This document shows positions 1 to 8,787 of a DNA stretch of 33,553 bases, in pieces; within the stretch, counting starts at the first letter, position 1; each line of letters begins with the position of its first letter. The translations under genes were made by a program, and so were the position numbers. Source of the DNA: a bacterium (GTDB lineage Bacteria; Zhuqueibacterota; Zhuqueibacteria; Zhuqueibacterales; Zhuqueibacteraceae); assembly GCA_044869275.1 (NCBI GenBank), contig JBIOXB010000200.1:1-33553 (forward strand), written 5' to 3'. Below the pieces are notes generated by a model that had not been told where the DNA came from, did not search any database, and saw only the letters and a program-made list of their open reading frames with translations.

Positions 1-47
1 AATTTTTGAAATCCGCAAGGCATTCGAATGAATGCAAAATGATTTGA

Positions 48-131
48 AATAATCTTGCTCGGATCGAAATCCAATTTCGGCGGCTTCAAATCCAATCCTT
101 TGAGCGTTTCGACCAAAATCGACGCCACCAC
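48..131 (-). pseudogene. Possible remnant resembling the C-terminal tail of polyphosphate kinase 2 (PPK2)
   Basis: Minus strand translates VVASILVETLKGLDLKPPKLDFDPSKII, resembling from memory the C-terminal helix/tail of PPK2. No room for the rest of the gene because the aminotransferase ends at 154. Confidence 0.35.
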
Positions 132-153
132 TCCTGAATCTCGCTGCCGTGCC

Positions 154-1455
154 TTACGTCTTCGGCAATCCCTTCTGCATCACGCGTTCGATGGCATCCG
201 CAAACCGGTCGATTTCTTCAATGGTAGTGTAAACGCTCGGCGTGATGCGCAGACCTGCACATTCGTCGTGCTTGATCGGCGTAACCAGCATGCGATGCTG
301 CTGCCACAAATAACTCGTGAGCTCGACCGGGTCGAGGCCAGCCACTTGCACGTTCGCCAACCCACCGGCAAAACCCGGCATCAAGCTGGTGTTGAGCTTG
401 ATGCGATCGTGGAGCATCAATCGCTTGGCCCAGCGATCGCGCAGATAAACCAGGCGCGCCTCTTTGCGTTTCGCGCCGAGGCCGCGGTGAAAAGCCAGCG
501 CTTCGGCAATGGCGAGATAATTCGCCGCGGGATGCGTGCCGATCTCTTCGAATTTACGAATGTCATGGTCCATTTTCTCGGGTGCGGCCATCATCGGCCA
601 CAAGCCGGCGATTTTATCCCGGCGCACGAACAACATGCCGGTGCCGTGCGGCGCGAACAGCCATTTGTGCAAGCTGGTGGCGTAATAGTCGCAGTCCAAA
701 TCCGGGTGCGCGAAAGCGAAGTGCGCGAAAGCGTGCGCGCCGTCAACGATCACGGGAATGCCCTTTTTGCGCGCCATTTGCACCACCTGCTTCACCGGCA
801 GAATCTGCCCGGTGAGGTTGACCATATGGCACATCAAAATCAATTTCGTCTGCGGTGAAATATTCTTTTCGAAGAGCGCGGTGATTTCATCCGGGTTTTC
901 GCAAGGTACGGGGAGGGAAAACTGCCTGAGCTTGATGCGGTCGCGGCGCTCACGCTGCTGCCAGGTGGTGATCATGCGGGGATAATCTTGCGTCGTGGTC
1001 AGCACTTCATCGCCCGGTTTGAAATCGAAACCGAGCTGGCAAATTTGCAGGCCTTCGGAAGCATTACGCGTGAGCGCGATCTCCTCCGGCACACAGCCCA
1101 AGGCCTCGGCCAGGCCCTGGCGCACGCCTTCGCGCTGCGGCTCCAGAATCTGCCACATGGTATAGACCGGCGCATTGTTGGAATAATCGAGATGGCGCTT
1201 CATCGCGCTTTGCACGACGGCCGGCGCTGGTGAAACCCCGCCATTGTTCAAATTGATCAGGCTGCGATCAACGGTAAACGCTTGCTGCACTTCGAACCAC
1301 AACGCTTCATCGGCGGCAATTTCTTCCGGCGCGCCGGGGTGCTGCGCCAGCATTTCAAACACCCGCGCCGCGCGCGCAGGTTCAAAGGTCGCGCCGGCAA
1401 ATCCCAACGCAGCGGTGCGGCCGAGAGCGCCTAAAAACTCACGGCGATTAAACAT
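154..1455 (-). CDS. Tat-exported class V PLP-dependent aminotransferase (isopenicillin-N epimerase/lyase-like)
   Basis: N-terminal NRREFL twin-arginine motif followed by a hydrophobic stretch. Class V motifs LNNGG, TRNASEG, DGAH and SLHKW (PLP lysine). Confidence 0.85.
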   Translation of the reverse strand: MFNRREFLGALGRTAALGFAGATFEPARAARVFEMLAQHPGAPEEIAADEALWFEVQQAFTVDRSLINLNNGGVSPAPAVVQSAMKRHLDYSNNAPVYTMWQILEPQREGVRQGLAEALGCVPEEIALTRNASEGLQICQLGFDFKPGDEVLTTTQDYPRMITTWQQRERRDRIKLRQFSLPVPCENPDEITALFEKNISPQTKLILMCHMVNLTGQILPVKQVVQMARKKGIPVIVDGAHAFAHFAFAHPDLDCDYYATSLHKWLFAPHGTGMLFVRRDKIAGLWPMMAAPEKMDHDIRKFEEIGTHPAANYLAIAEALAFHRGLGAKRKEARLVYLRDRWAKRLMLHDRIKLNTSLMPGFAGGLANVQVAGLDPVELTSYLWQQHRMLVTPIKHDECAGLRITPSVYTTIEEIDRFADAIERVMQKGLPKT

Positions 1456-1580
1456 GGCATGCTCCTCTTCAAAATTGATTGCCGATGGCCGTTTTTGGCC
1501 GGTAGGTCACGCTGGCGTGGCAACAGGTGAGATCACCGCTCGCCATTCGCCGCTCGTTTGAATCAGCACATTTTTATGAA

Positions 1581-2378
1581 TCAAACGATCAACTTTTGTC
1601 CCGTGCGAAATGCGGAAACGAAGCGATCCAGGCCGTGCGACCCGCCGTTGACCAGCCGGCGCGCGGTGCGCAAGTCGTCCACCAGCAGCGCCTCGCGAAT
1701 GGCCTTTTCTTTATCCTTTAAAAATGCCGCCAGCAGCGTCGCTGCGAGCGCCGGATCGTTCGCCAATTCGGGACGGTTGAGCAACTGCTCGCCCAGACCG
1801 ATGCGATTGCCGTAGCGCTGATAATTCGCACGGCCGGTGAGCTGCACGAAGCCGCGGCCGCGAAAGCGCTCGCCGTCAGGGGGGCCTTGGTTGCCCAAAT
1901 CTTTGCGGTTGTCATAGAGATCGAAAGGATGACCGCCGGGAGAAGTGTTGAAACGCGAGGGCAATTCACTGATGGGTTCAAAGCTTTCCGTTTCCGCGCG
2001 GATGGTGGCGAGCGCCATGAGGATCATGTTCTTGTCGATCAAATCCGCGGTTTGCAGGGCATTCAATACAATGGGAAGGTTCTTCTTGATATTATCGATC
2101 GGCGTGAAGGGAAACATCTTGGTGACGATCGCAACGGTGACCTCGGGCATGGTCGAACGCGTGCTGAGGTCCGGCACGAATCTCAAGGCTTGCAACGTTG
2201 CCTCATCGGCAATGCCATTGGCGAGCAGGCCTTCGCTTTTCTGAAAGGCGATAACGGCGGCTTCTGTGCCCAGGCCGAATTCGGCGTCGAGGGCACCGGG
2301 ATTGAAGCCCAAATCCTTCAAGCGCTGTTGCAGCTGCTTGACTTCTTCTCCGGAATCGCCTTCTTTCAAAATGCGCAT
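1581..2378 (-). CDS. Peptidoglycan-binding domain + GH19 chitinase/lysozyme-like hydrolase
   Basis: N-terminal PG_binding_1 pattern (LKEGDSGEEVKQLQQRL...FG..TEAAVIAFQ...L.A.G). GH19 motif FRGRGFVQLTGRANY and C-terminal VNGGSHGLDR. Confidence 0.88.
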   Translation of the reverse strand: MRILKEGDSGEEVKQLQQRLKDLGFNPGALDAEFGLGTEAAVIAFQKSEGLLANGIADEATLQALRFVPDLSTRSTMPEVTVAIVTKMFPFTPIDNIKKNLPIVLNALQTADLIDKNMILMALATIRAETESFEPISELPSRFNTSPGGHPFDLYDNRKDLGNQGPPDGERFRGRGFVQLTGRANYQRYGNRIGLGEQLLNRPELANDPALAATLLAAFLKDKEKAIREALLVDDLRTARRLVNGGSHGLDRFVSAFRTGQKLIV

Positions 2379-2465
2379 GTGGCTCCCAGAATTGGTTGCG
2401 CTCCACGTGACTCCGACGGCCAGTCCGCCACCGCCAAGCCGGGTTGCAGACTTCGAGATTGCAGT

Positions 2466-2494
2466 ACTATAACTAATTTGGCCGCGAGATGCAA
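2466..2494 (-). promoter_or_regulatory. Putative sigma70 promoter for the GH19 gene
   Basis: TTGCAT-17 nt-TATAGT on the minus strand, ~90 nt upstream of the ATG at 2378. Confidence 0.5.
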
Positions 2495-2507
2495 ATCAAT
2501 AAGGTAC

Positions 2508-3908
2508 TTACGCTTCACATTGATGCGCTGTGAGCAGCATGCCCAACTTACCAATTTGCGTCTGCACCTGCACGCGAGCGCGATTCACCCAATGACCTTT
2601 CCCATTTTCGCGCAGCCGTTGCAACGCCAGCTCGCCATGCATGCGCTGATTCACAAAATCATAGTAGCGCTTGGAATGCCGGCCGCGAATTTGATAATCG
2701 CGATCATTGCTGATTTGCCATTCGCCGCCGGTCGCAATGAGATTTTGTCCGGCCATACGCTGATAGTATTCCGTGCCTTTGATGGGATAACTTACCGTGG
2801 TCAGCACCAAATCGGGATTGGCCTTTTTCACATGCGCGATGGTCGCGGCCACATCGTCCTCATTCTCATCTTCAAAGCCCCACATGAGAAACATGCCGGT
2901 TTCGATGCCGTAGCGTTTCGCCAGGCGTGTCATCGCCTGCACCTGCTCGGCTTTGACGCCGCGTTTCATTTGATCCAATAAGCGTTGCGAGCCGCTTTCT
3001 GAGCCGAGCCAAACCCGGAAGCACCCCATCTCTTTCAAGGCGCAAACCAGGTCTTCATGCATGCGATCGGCGCGGCAAATGCATTCAAATGGAATTTGGA
3101 TATTTCGTCTCTTCAATTCCGCGGCATACTCAAAGAACCATTTGTGATTGATGTTGAACACGTCGTCGGCATACCACAACATATCGGGATGATAGTTTGC
3201 GAGAATCATCTCGACTTCATCCACACAGAGAGGTGGGCTGCGCTTGCGCAAGGTCTTGCCAAAAACCGAATGGCTGCACCACGTGCAAGAATAGGGACAG
3301 CCGCGGCTGGTGATGAGCGAGGCCGCGCCCATGCCGTGGTGTGTCCGCCAGGTTTCAACATATCTGTGCAGATCAATCGCCGCGCGGTCGGGCAAGGGCA
3401 GCGCATCGAGATCGGGCAACAAGCGGCGCGCCGGCGTGCGCTGAATTTTGCCGCCGTCATCCTTGAAAACAATACCGGCGACTTTTGCAAGTTGTTCCCG
3501 TTTTTTCGCGGCCAGGATTGGAATCAAATCTTGCAAGGTCTCCTCCCCTTCGCCGATGACGACGAGATCTGCGCCGAAGTTCAAGTATTCTTCGGCATAG
3601 TACGGCGGATCCGGGCCGCCCACGATGACCGTGCAATCCTGCTGCTTGGCTTGCCGAATCATCGCCAGCACGTTGAATTTCGTCATCAAATTGGAATAAA
3701 TACCAATGACTCTCGGCTGGTGTAAGGCAAGAAACCGGGCAAAATCGTCCTTGCCGGAAAACGTGCTGTCGAAAATTTCCACGGCAAAATCTTTTTGCTT
3801 GAGAAATGACGAGATATACAATAGGCCCAAAGGCGGGTAAGGCTTCATGATCGCCCGTTCCTTGGAGTCTTCGTGCAAAAAGTAACCGTGGGTGAGAAGA
3901 ATATCCAT
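2508..3908 (-). CDS. Cobalamin-binding radical SAM enzyme (class B-type)
   Basis: B12-binding N-terminus (PPLGLLY, VGGPDP, GEGE), cluster motif TSRGCPYSCTWC, GSESGSQ. Confidence 0.92.
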   Translation of the reverse strand: MDILLTHGYFLHEDSKERAIMKPYPPLGLLYISSFLKQKDFAVEIFDSTFSGKDDFARFLALHQPRVIGIYSNLMTKFNVLAMIRQAKQQDCTVIVGGPDPPYYAEEYLNFGADLVVIGEGEETLQDLIPILAAKKREQLAKVAGIVFKDDGGKIQRTPARRLLPDLDALPLPDRAAIDLHRYVETWRTHHGMGAASLITSRGCPYSCTWCSHSVFGKTLRKRSPPLCVDEVEMILANYHPDMLWYADDVFNINHKWFFEYAAELKRRNIQIPFECICRADRMHEDLVCALKEMGCFRVWLGSESGSQRLLDQMKRGVKAEQVQAMTRLAKRYGIETGMFLMWGFEDENEDDVAATIAHVKKANPDLVLTTVSYPIKGTEYYQRMAGQNLIATGGEWQISNDRDYQIRGRHSKRYYDFVNQRMHGELALQRLRENGKGHWVNRARVQVQTQIGKLGMLLTAHQCEA

Positions 3909-3917
3909 AGAAACCGT

Positions 3918-5402
3918 TCAAACCAATTGCGCATTCGCTTTCTTCAGAGACTGCAATCGCGCATTTTCCCAATGCCACCAAGGCCTTTTCAAGCCCAAGG
4001 CAATGCATTGGCGTAAATTGTTCACGCAGAATTTAGAAGGATGCTGCCACATCTCGGAAAGCAACTTTGTTGCTTTCCGCCAGCGAAATTCCTGATGCAC
4101 CACGCGGTGCAGCTGCCGATAGAATTCCGGCTGGTACCGGCCGCGAAACATGAGATCGAGATCGTTGCTGTGCTCCCAATTGTGTTTGCCCGCCATTTCG
4201 TTCTTCACGCGCTCGTAAAAGCGCGTGCCCGGCAGCGGATAGGAAACCGAAATGCCGATGTCGTCCGGCTGGCATGCACGCACCATTTTCAGAGTCTTTT
4301 CGATATCTTCATCCGTCTCGCCGGGATAGCCGAATTGCAAAAAGAAACAGACTTCAATGCCATGCCGTTTCAAACGCTCGGCCGCCGCATGAATTTGTTC
4401 GACCTTCGTGCCTTTGTCCATGGCATCCAAAATTTTCTGCGAGCCGGATTCCGCACCCACCCACACGGTTTTGCACCCGGCTTTTTTCAGTGCGGCCACC
4501 GCCTCTTCATGCAGCAAATCCACGCGTGCCTGGATTTTGAAGGGCGTGGTCACGCCAGCGGCTTGCACGGCCTCGCCGAACCTTTCCACCCAGCCCGGCT
4601 TCAAGCCGAAAATATCATCCGCAAACCAGATGTGATCCGGCTGAAAATTCCGGCGCAGCCACAGCATTTCTTCAACTACGTTTTCCGGCGAGCGCGAATT
4701 GTAGCGATCACCGTAAATCGGTTTCGCACACCAGTTGCAGTGAAAGGGGCAGCCGCGCGTGGTCACGAGGTTGACGGAATAATATCCGTGCTTCCGCTTC
4801 CACGCCGCGCGATATTTTTCCACTTCCAACAATTCCCACGCAGGAAATGGAAACACCTCGAGATTTTTTTGAAAGCCGCGCGGCGCCAGCGCATGCGTCA
4901 CACCATTCTCCGGCAGCGCCACGCCGGGGAGGTTTTGGATTTTATCCTCAGACCGGCGCAGCAACGCTTCGAGCAATTCATGCAGCGTGATTTCGCCTTC
5001 GCCAATAATGGCATAATCCGCGCCATGTTCGAAATACAGCTGCCGGTGATCCGTCGGGTCAGACCCGGCGACGATGACCGGCACCTTTGGGCCGAGATGA
5101 TTTTTCACAAATCCCATCATCTCAAAACAGGCTTCGCGCATGCGGGTGAGGCACATTTTACTCAGCCAGTTGAAGCTGTCTTCATAAAATACGACCGCGC
5201 GCGGTCGATGCACTTGCAATTTCGGAATAAGCTCCGCGGGGCTCTCGGCGAGCATGCTATCGAAAAGCGCGACCTGATAACCCTGTTGGCGCTGATAGGC
5301 GGCAGCGTAAAGCGTACCCAGGGGCGCATAAGGCTGCATGGTGCGCCATTGCTTGGGATCGAAGCGCAAGAAGAAACTGTGCGCGAACAGAACGTCAGTC
5401 AT
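3918..5402 (-). CDS. Cobalamin-binding radical SAM enzyme (class B-type)
   Basis: APLGTLY, GEGE, TTRGCPFHCNWC, GAESGSQ, GYPGET. Start overlaps the upstream stop (ATGA). Clear paralogue of 2508..3908. Confidence 0.92.
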   Translation of the reverse strand: MTDVLFAHSFFLRFDPKQWRTMQPYAPLGTLYAAAYQRQQGYQVALFDSMLAESPAELIPKLQVHRPRAVVFYEDSFNWLSKMCLTRMREACFEMMGFVKNHLGPKVPVIVAGSDPTDHRQLYFEHGADYAIIGEGEITLHELLEALLRRSEDKIQNLPGVALPENGVTHALAPRGFQKNLEVFPFPAWELLEVEKYRAAWKRKHGYYSVNLVTTRGCPFHCNWCAKPIYGDRYNSRSPENVVEEMLWLRRNFQPDHIWFADDIFGLKPGWVERFGEAVQAAGVTTPFKIQARVDLLHEEAVAALKKAGCKTVWVGAESGSQKILDAMDKGTKVEQIHAAAERLKRHGIEVCFFLQFGYPGETDEDIEKTLKMVRACQPDDIGISVSYPLPGTRFYERVKNEMAGKHNWEHSNDLDLMFRGRYQPEFYRQLHRVVHQEFRWRKATKLLSEMWQHPSKFCVNNLRQCIALGLKRPWWHWENARLQSLKKANAQLV

Positions 5403-6490
5403 ACGGTTTTTTGCTCAATCTGCGATTGTGTGATTTTCTTTGACAATCCTGCGGGCAAGGCCCACGGCTTGAGATGAAGCGAACACGTGCACCGGCGGCA
5501 GATGGGATCGGTCTGCACTTCGAGATTTCTGCGGAAGGCACGCGCACGGCGCGAATTTAAGATGGCTTCCAGTGAATGGCTGCGAATGTTGCCCAATTCC
5601 GGATGAAAGAAACATGGCCGTACCACACCGTTGGCTTCAATCACCGTGGAAATCCAGGGCGCGTTGCAAAGCGGCGTGGGGAAATCATTCCGGCCCAAAA
5701 CCGCGGCAAAGTATGCAGGCAAGCGCCGCAATTTCTCCGGACTCTCGGCAATGAAGCCCGTGCTGAAAGCTGCTGAAAAATCGGCGATCGCCTGTTCCAC
5801 TCGTGTGGCGAATTCTTCCACCTCACTTTCGCAGAGCGCCGTTTCCGCCACTCGCGCCGGTTCCCAAGGAGTGGCGCGGTTGAAACCGGTGGAGAACACA
5901 TCGACCGCCAGAAAAGATATTTGATCCAAGCCCAGCTCTTGTGCTGCGAAAATGATGTTCGGCAGATCGAAATAATTCAGCTTTTGCAGCGCGCAACGCG
6001 CGGTAATCCGCATCGCCGGGTCGAAAGCTCGCAGGGCTTGAATGCCGCGTTCCAGCTTGGCGTAAGCGTCGGGCATATTGCGAATGCGATCGTGCACCCC
6101 GCGGCTGCCATCCAGCGAGACGATCACTTCATCGCACCAACGCGAGATATTTGCAGCGTGCCGATCGAGCAGGAGCCCGGTCGAAAGCAAGGTGATTTTA
6201 ATGTGCAGCGATTTCAGCAGCTCACACAACGTCCAAAGATTGCTGTGCAAGAGAGCCTCGCCACCGGAAAGCACAACCCAGCGCACGCCCAAACGCCGAA
6301 AACCGTCGAGATGGCGGGACAACTCTGCGACGGAGATTTCCTGTTTGTCGGCATTGGCTTTCCAAATATCGCACATCACGCAGCGGCAGTTACACGCGCT
6401 GTGCGGCATCAACACCACCACCGGCACGTGAGAAAGGCGGTGGGTAAGGCGTGCCTGCAGCAGCTGCGCGGTTTCCAGCAAACGGCTCAT
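5399..6490 (-). CDS. Radical SAM protein with SPASM/twitch domain
   Basis: CNCRCVMC, SGGEAL, VSLDG; C-terminal CNAPW...G.VRPC...GNI...CRRCTC. ATGA coupling at both ends. Confidence 0.9.
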   Translation of the reverse strand: MSRLLETAQLLQARLTHRLSHVPVVVLMPHSACNCRCVMCDIWKANADKQEISVAELSRHLDGFRRLGVRWVVLSGGEALLHSNLWTLCELLKSLHIKITLLSTGLLLDRHAANISRWCDEVIVSLDGSRGVHDRIRNMPDAYAKLERGIQALRAFDPAMRITARCALQKLNYFDLPNIIFAAQELGLDQISFLAVDVFSTGFNRATPWEPARVAETALCESEVEEFATRVEQAIADFSAAFSTGFIAESPEKLRRLPAYFAAVLGRNDFPTPLCNAPWISTVIEANGVVRPCFFHPELGNIRSHSLEAILNSRRARAFRRNLEVQTDPICRRCTCSLHLKPWALPAGLSKKITQSQIEQKTV

Positions 6491-7572
6491 TTCAGCACTT
6501 CACTTAATTCCTCGTTCATTGCAGCCGGCGGCATCCCGGCGCGATGCGGACCGTGATCGACTTTGGCAAGCCGGCGCTGCGCTTTATCCGGCGCATCATC
6601 CATCCGCATCTGGCCGCATCCCCCCTCCACGGGTTCACCGATATTGGAATTCAGGAAGCCGACGGTGAATCCGCGCCGGCGCAGAGTCGCGGCAAAGGCG
6701 CGTACGCGCTGCGGCGAGGATTTGGCAAAATCGCGCTCGGCAATGCGATTATAGCTTTGCAGGGTCACGACGATCTTCAAATCGCCCAATAAGTCGGCCA
6801 GCTCATCGGCATGATCGATGGAGTCGTTGACGTTTTCCAACAAGAGATATTTGGCCTCGATGAACATCCACCGCGGCGCGCGGCGCAGCACGCGGACGAC
6901 GTCATCCAGAGGATATACCTTGGTAATCGGCACCAATTGCCGGCGCAGCTCATTATTCGGCGCATGAAAGGAAACGATCAAATTCACCGGCAGGCGCTCC
7001 GACATCATTTTCTCCATCGCCGGAATGACGCCGGAGGTATTGACGGTCGAGGGAATGTAGTGCCGCGCCAAAAGGTAGCGCACCGTTTCAGCCACGGTCT
7101 CGTAGTTCAGCAGCGGCTCACCGATGCCGGAGTAATAAATGCGCTGCAAGCGGGTCTTGGGCGGCAGGGATCTTCGCAACGTCTCAATTTGCGCCAGCAT
7201 TTCGTCGAGGGTTAAGTTTCGCAGAAAGGGTAAAAGTGAAGAAGCGCAAAAAGGACAATTGACGGCGCAGCCCACTTGCGTGGAAATACACACGTCGTAA
7301 TGAATTCGCCGGCGTACGAATGGCGCCTTTTCCACACCACGATCCTGTCCAACGCTACCGCCGGACTTGCGCAGATAATAGACCCACGCCGGAAACGTGG
7401 CAATCAACAACCCTTCAATGGTGGCACTGTCCTGCAGGCGAAAGGCATATTTACTTACGTGGCCAAAGGTGGCTCGGTCTTCAATCGTCGCAAAAGTGCC
7501 GAGCGTTCTTTGCACGCGTGTAGAGGGCAGGGTTTGGCCGCTGATTTCGTCCAAGCGCACACGCATTGCCAT
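6487..7572 (-). CDS. RlmN/Cfr-like (class A) radical SAM methyltransferase homologue, divergent
   Basis: CISTQVGCAVNCPFC, SGIGEPLLN (MGMGEP equivalent), VSFHAP...R..LVP, KYLLLENVND, C-terminal GGCGQ. Confidence 0.88.
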   Translation of the reverse strand: MAMRVRLDEISGQTLPSTRVQRTLGTFATIEDRATFGHVSKYAFRLQDSATIEGLLIATFPAWVYYLRKSGGSVGQDRGVEKAPFVRRRIHYDVCISTQVGCAVNCPFCASSLLPFLRNLTLDEMLAQIETLRRSLPPKTRLQRIYYSGIGEPLLNYETVAETVRYLLARHYIPSTVNTSGVIPAMEKMMSERLPVNLIVSFHAPNNELRRQLVPITKVYPLDDVVRVLRRAPRWMFIEAKYLLLENVNDSIDHADELADLLGDLKIVVTLQSYNRIAERDFAKSSPQRVRAFAATLRRRGFTVGFLNSNIGEPVEGGCGQMRMDDAPDKAQRRLAKVDHGPHRAGMPPAAMNEELSEVLK

Positions 7573-7596
7573 TCTCCAAAATTTATCAACATACGA

Positions 7597-8787
7597 TCAA
7601 GCAAGTTCTTGTCGCTGCCAAGCGCGTTGCAGCGCGAAAGCCGCCTTTTCCGCGCCGCCGGCACGGTGGTCGAAACAGCCGCAGCAGCGCGTACAGGCCG
7701 GGAGCAAACCGCCTTCCATTTTGAGCAATTGCCGAAAAGCGATCATGGCTTTGCCGTTCCATATTGCCCGAAGCGAAACCTCATTCAGATTGCCGGCGAC
7801 GGTATTGAAACAACGCCCGTGCGCGGGAATCACGTCGCCGTTGGTTTGAATCATCACCATGTTCCAAGGATCGCTGCAGAAATTGCCGGCCGCCGGTTCG
7901 CTCACCTTCTCGAAATAGCGCTGCAGTTCTTGTTCCGATTGCACGCCGGGGCGAAGGTTGAAAAAAATTCCCAGCGCGGCGGCTTTGGCGCGCGCGGCAT
8001 CGATCTGGCGCATGAGCGCCTTCAAATCAAAAGCATGCAAGTTGACTTGGCGCAAATTCGTCACCGTCGCGGGATAACGCCTGCCGAAACGCAGATTGTG
8101 CTGTGCCGCGCTGTCCGGATGAATAAAATTCAGCAAGGTCGCCACCACCTGCGTCGGCCGCACCGGCCGCAATTCTTCGAGCAGGTCAACCAAAGTCAAA
8201 TAGCTTTCTTCCGTGAAGACATACACCACGTTGAGCGTTGGGAGGCTTTGGCGTTGCCGCCCTTTAAGCTCGGCAACGGCGTGCAGACCTTGCATGAGCA
8301 GGTCAAACGATCGCTTCGAGCCGCGCACCTCGTTGTGAACTTCACGCGTGCCGTCCACTGAAACGAAAAGCTCATCCAAGCCCAGCTCGACCAGGGGCGC
8401 AGCCAGGCGCGGCAAGGTAAAACCGTTGGTAGTGAGGCTGCAATAAAATCCGGCGCGCTTGGCCTGTTCGACCAGGTCCACGACTTTGGGGTGAATGCCG
8501 GGCTCGGTGTAGCTGAGACTGAGGCGCGGACGGACGGGAAATGCGCCGGCATCTGCGAGAATGCGGTCAAAAAGATCGAGCGCCATGTTGCCATGGCTCT
8601 GCCCGATCAAGTTGCGATAAAAAATCGTGTCGCTGGTGCCGGTGCCGACGTCGCACATTTTGCAGTGGAGATTGCAGGTGTTATTCACCACCAGGACAAT
8701 CCAGCGCGGGCCGAGGCTATTTTTTCCCGTGGGGGAAAGATAAGCCAACCGGCGGCTGAAGCTTTCTAATCGCGGTGGCATTCTCAT
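7597..8787 (-). CDS. Radical SAM protein with SPASM/twitch domain
   Basis: CNLHCKMC, TTNG, VSVDG; C-terminal CSDPW...NGDVIPAHGRC...GNL...CTRCCGC. Confidence 0.9.
   Translation of the reverse strand: MRMPPRLESFSRRLAYLSPTGKNSLGPRWIVLVVNNTCNLHCKMCDVGTGTSDTIFYRNLIGQSHGNMALDLFDRILADAGAFPVRPRLSLSYTEPGIHPKVVDLVEQAKRAGFYCSLTTNGFTLPRLAAPLVELGLDELFVSVDGTREVHNEVRGSKRSFDLLMQGLHAVAELKGRQRQSLPTLNVVYVFTEESYLTLVDLLEELRPVRPTQVVATLLNFIHPDSAAQHNLRFGRRYPATVTNLRQVNLHAFDLKALMRQIDAARAKAAALGIFFNLRPGVQSEQELQRYFEKVSEPAAGNFCSDPWNMVMIQTNGDVIPAHGRCFNTVAGNLNEVSLRAIWNGKAMIAFRQLLKMEGGLLPACTRCCGCFDHRAGGAEKAAFALQRAWQRQELA

Noticed and set aside
2508..5402. Calling the B12 radical SAMs bchE or hpnP
   Set aside because: No chlorophyll or hopanoid genes in the window; shared architecture alone is not specific.
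6487..7572. Assigning the symbol rlmN or cfr
   Set aside because: Divergent motifs, missing N-terminal domain and operon context make orthology unsupported.
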